Assembly: GCA_016839445.1 (NCBI GenBank)
Contig: JAEOUG010000173.1
Coordinates: 1-35,633 of the forward strand
Direction of reading: 5' to 3'
Source of the DNA: Candidatus Thorarchaeota archaeon
Lineage (GTDB): Archaea > Asgardarchaeota > Thorarchaeia > Thorarchaeales > Thorarchaeaceae
Length of the DNA: 35,633 nucleotides
This document shows, in pieces, positions 34,893-35,633 of this stretch. The notes beneath the pieces were generated by a model. That model did no database searches. It was given only the letters and a program-made list of their open reading frames with translations, and was not told the DNA's origin. Made by a program: the position numbers and the translations under genes. Each line of letters opens with the position of its first letter. Positions within the stretch are counted from its first letter, which is position 1.

Positions 34893-35342
34893 CTAGACCT
34901 TCTTCCTTGATACACCCACGGCCATGCCACCGCGACCTGTTGTACGCGTGTGCTGTCCTCTGACCTTCAAGCCAAGCGAGTGCCTCGTGCCACGCCATGA
35001 CTTGATTCTGCGGAGTCGGTCAACATCGTTTCTCCGAGCAAAGTCAAGATCAGAGCCAGTCAAATGCAGCATCCTTCCACTCATTCTATCCCGAGGTCTA
35101 TTCACGTACCACTCCGGGAATCCAGCCTTTATGGGGTCTGATACAATCTCCTCAATCTTGGCGATGTCGTCATCAGAGATGAAACCAAGTCGCTGCGAAG
35201 GCTCCATCCCAAGCTGCCGAATCACTGTACCCGAAAGCCTGAGCCCGACGCCCATGATACGGGTCAATCCCTGAATCAGGCTCTCCTGACCGTCGATGTC
35301 AGCACCGCCAATGCGTACGATATGTCTGTATTCCTCGGACAT
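34893..35342 (-). CDS. rps13: 30S ribosomal protein uS13
   Basis: MSEEYRHIVRI, W..NR..D..SG...HL, SWRGTRHSLGLKVRGQHTRTTGR; true start ATG 35342. Confidence 0.97.
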   Translation of the reverse strand: MSEEYRHIVRIGGADIDGQESLIQGLTRIMGVGLRLSGTVIRQLGMEPSQRLGFISDDDIAKIEEIVSDPIKAGFPEWYVNRPRDRMSGRMLHLTGSDLDFARRNDVDRLRRIKSWRGTRHSLGLKVRGQHTRTTGRGGMAVGVSRKKV

Positions 35343-35482
35343 GGTGTCTAACCTCATTCTGACTGGCCTGAGGCTTTGTTCGCCTCTTGTGAGAACCTTA
35401 TAACACTTGTCATCAAGCCGCGAGGAATCAGGCTTAGAACCTGCCCTGACAGCGCTCTGCGCTGTTTTAGGGAGTAACGAAA

Positions 35483-35632
35483 CTAGTCGGAGAACCGGAG
35501 GATGCTCTCGATTGGACCCTTCGGCACGGGCATCCCAAACTGATCGCACAATATACGGATGATTAGGCGGAGTAATGACTCTCTGAAGGCAAGATCTATG
35601 GCCACCATGGTATGGACCTCGCGTTGCATCAC
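35483..35632 (-). CDS. Possible C-terminal end of an upstream gene (partial, unidentified)
   Basis: Open frame from the window edge: VMQREVHTMVAIDLAFRESLLRLIIRILCDQFGMPVPKGPIESILRFSD*, ending before the rps13 promoter (TTATAA ~35398-35403). Confidence 0.35.
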   Translation of the reverse strand: MMQREVHTMVAIDLAFRESLLRLIIRILCDQFGMPVPKGPIESILRFSD

Positions 35633-35633
35633 C

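Noticed and set aside
35343-35549. 69-aa N-terminal extension of uS13 in the ORF track
   Set aside because: Homology starts at MSEEYRH (ATG 35342), with a GAGG SD and a TTATAA box inside the supposed extension.

Overview
This is an archaeal chromosomal window, most likely from an Asgard archaeon of the Thorarchaeia type. That assignment is an inference from the archaeal ribosomal/TFB/GGGPS gene set, a solo roadblock gene and a candidate adaptin-ear protein. The left part (1-13.9 kb) holds a partial B12-type radical SAM gene missed by the ORF track, aIF1, TFB, MetAP, a roadblock protein, GGGP synthase, an ICMT-family methyltransferase, hdrA-mobA, hypD and several uncharacterised HTH, winged-helix and cyclin-fold proteins. 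The centre (14.1-31.2 kb) is the archaeal S10/spc superoperon from uL22 to secY, continuing adk-DUF106-eL34-cmk-eL14-cbf5. It carries an Hsp20 gene between uL30 and uL15 and a three-gene insertion between secY and adk. The right part holds the RNase P RNA gene, tsr3, a tandem Zn-finger gene coupled to tiaS, and uS13-uS4-uS11 on the minus strand. The most interesting candidates are a membrane-anchored protein resembling the COPI/AP adaptin appendage (ear) domain, a stand-alone TFIIB/cyclin-box-like protein, a radical SAM enzyme with a split CxxxCxxC motif, and structured non-coding elements ahead of uL22, ahead of eL14-cbf5 and between mobA and hypD. All family calls come from motif recognition by eye. 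No database searches or folding programs were run.
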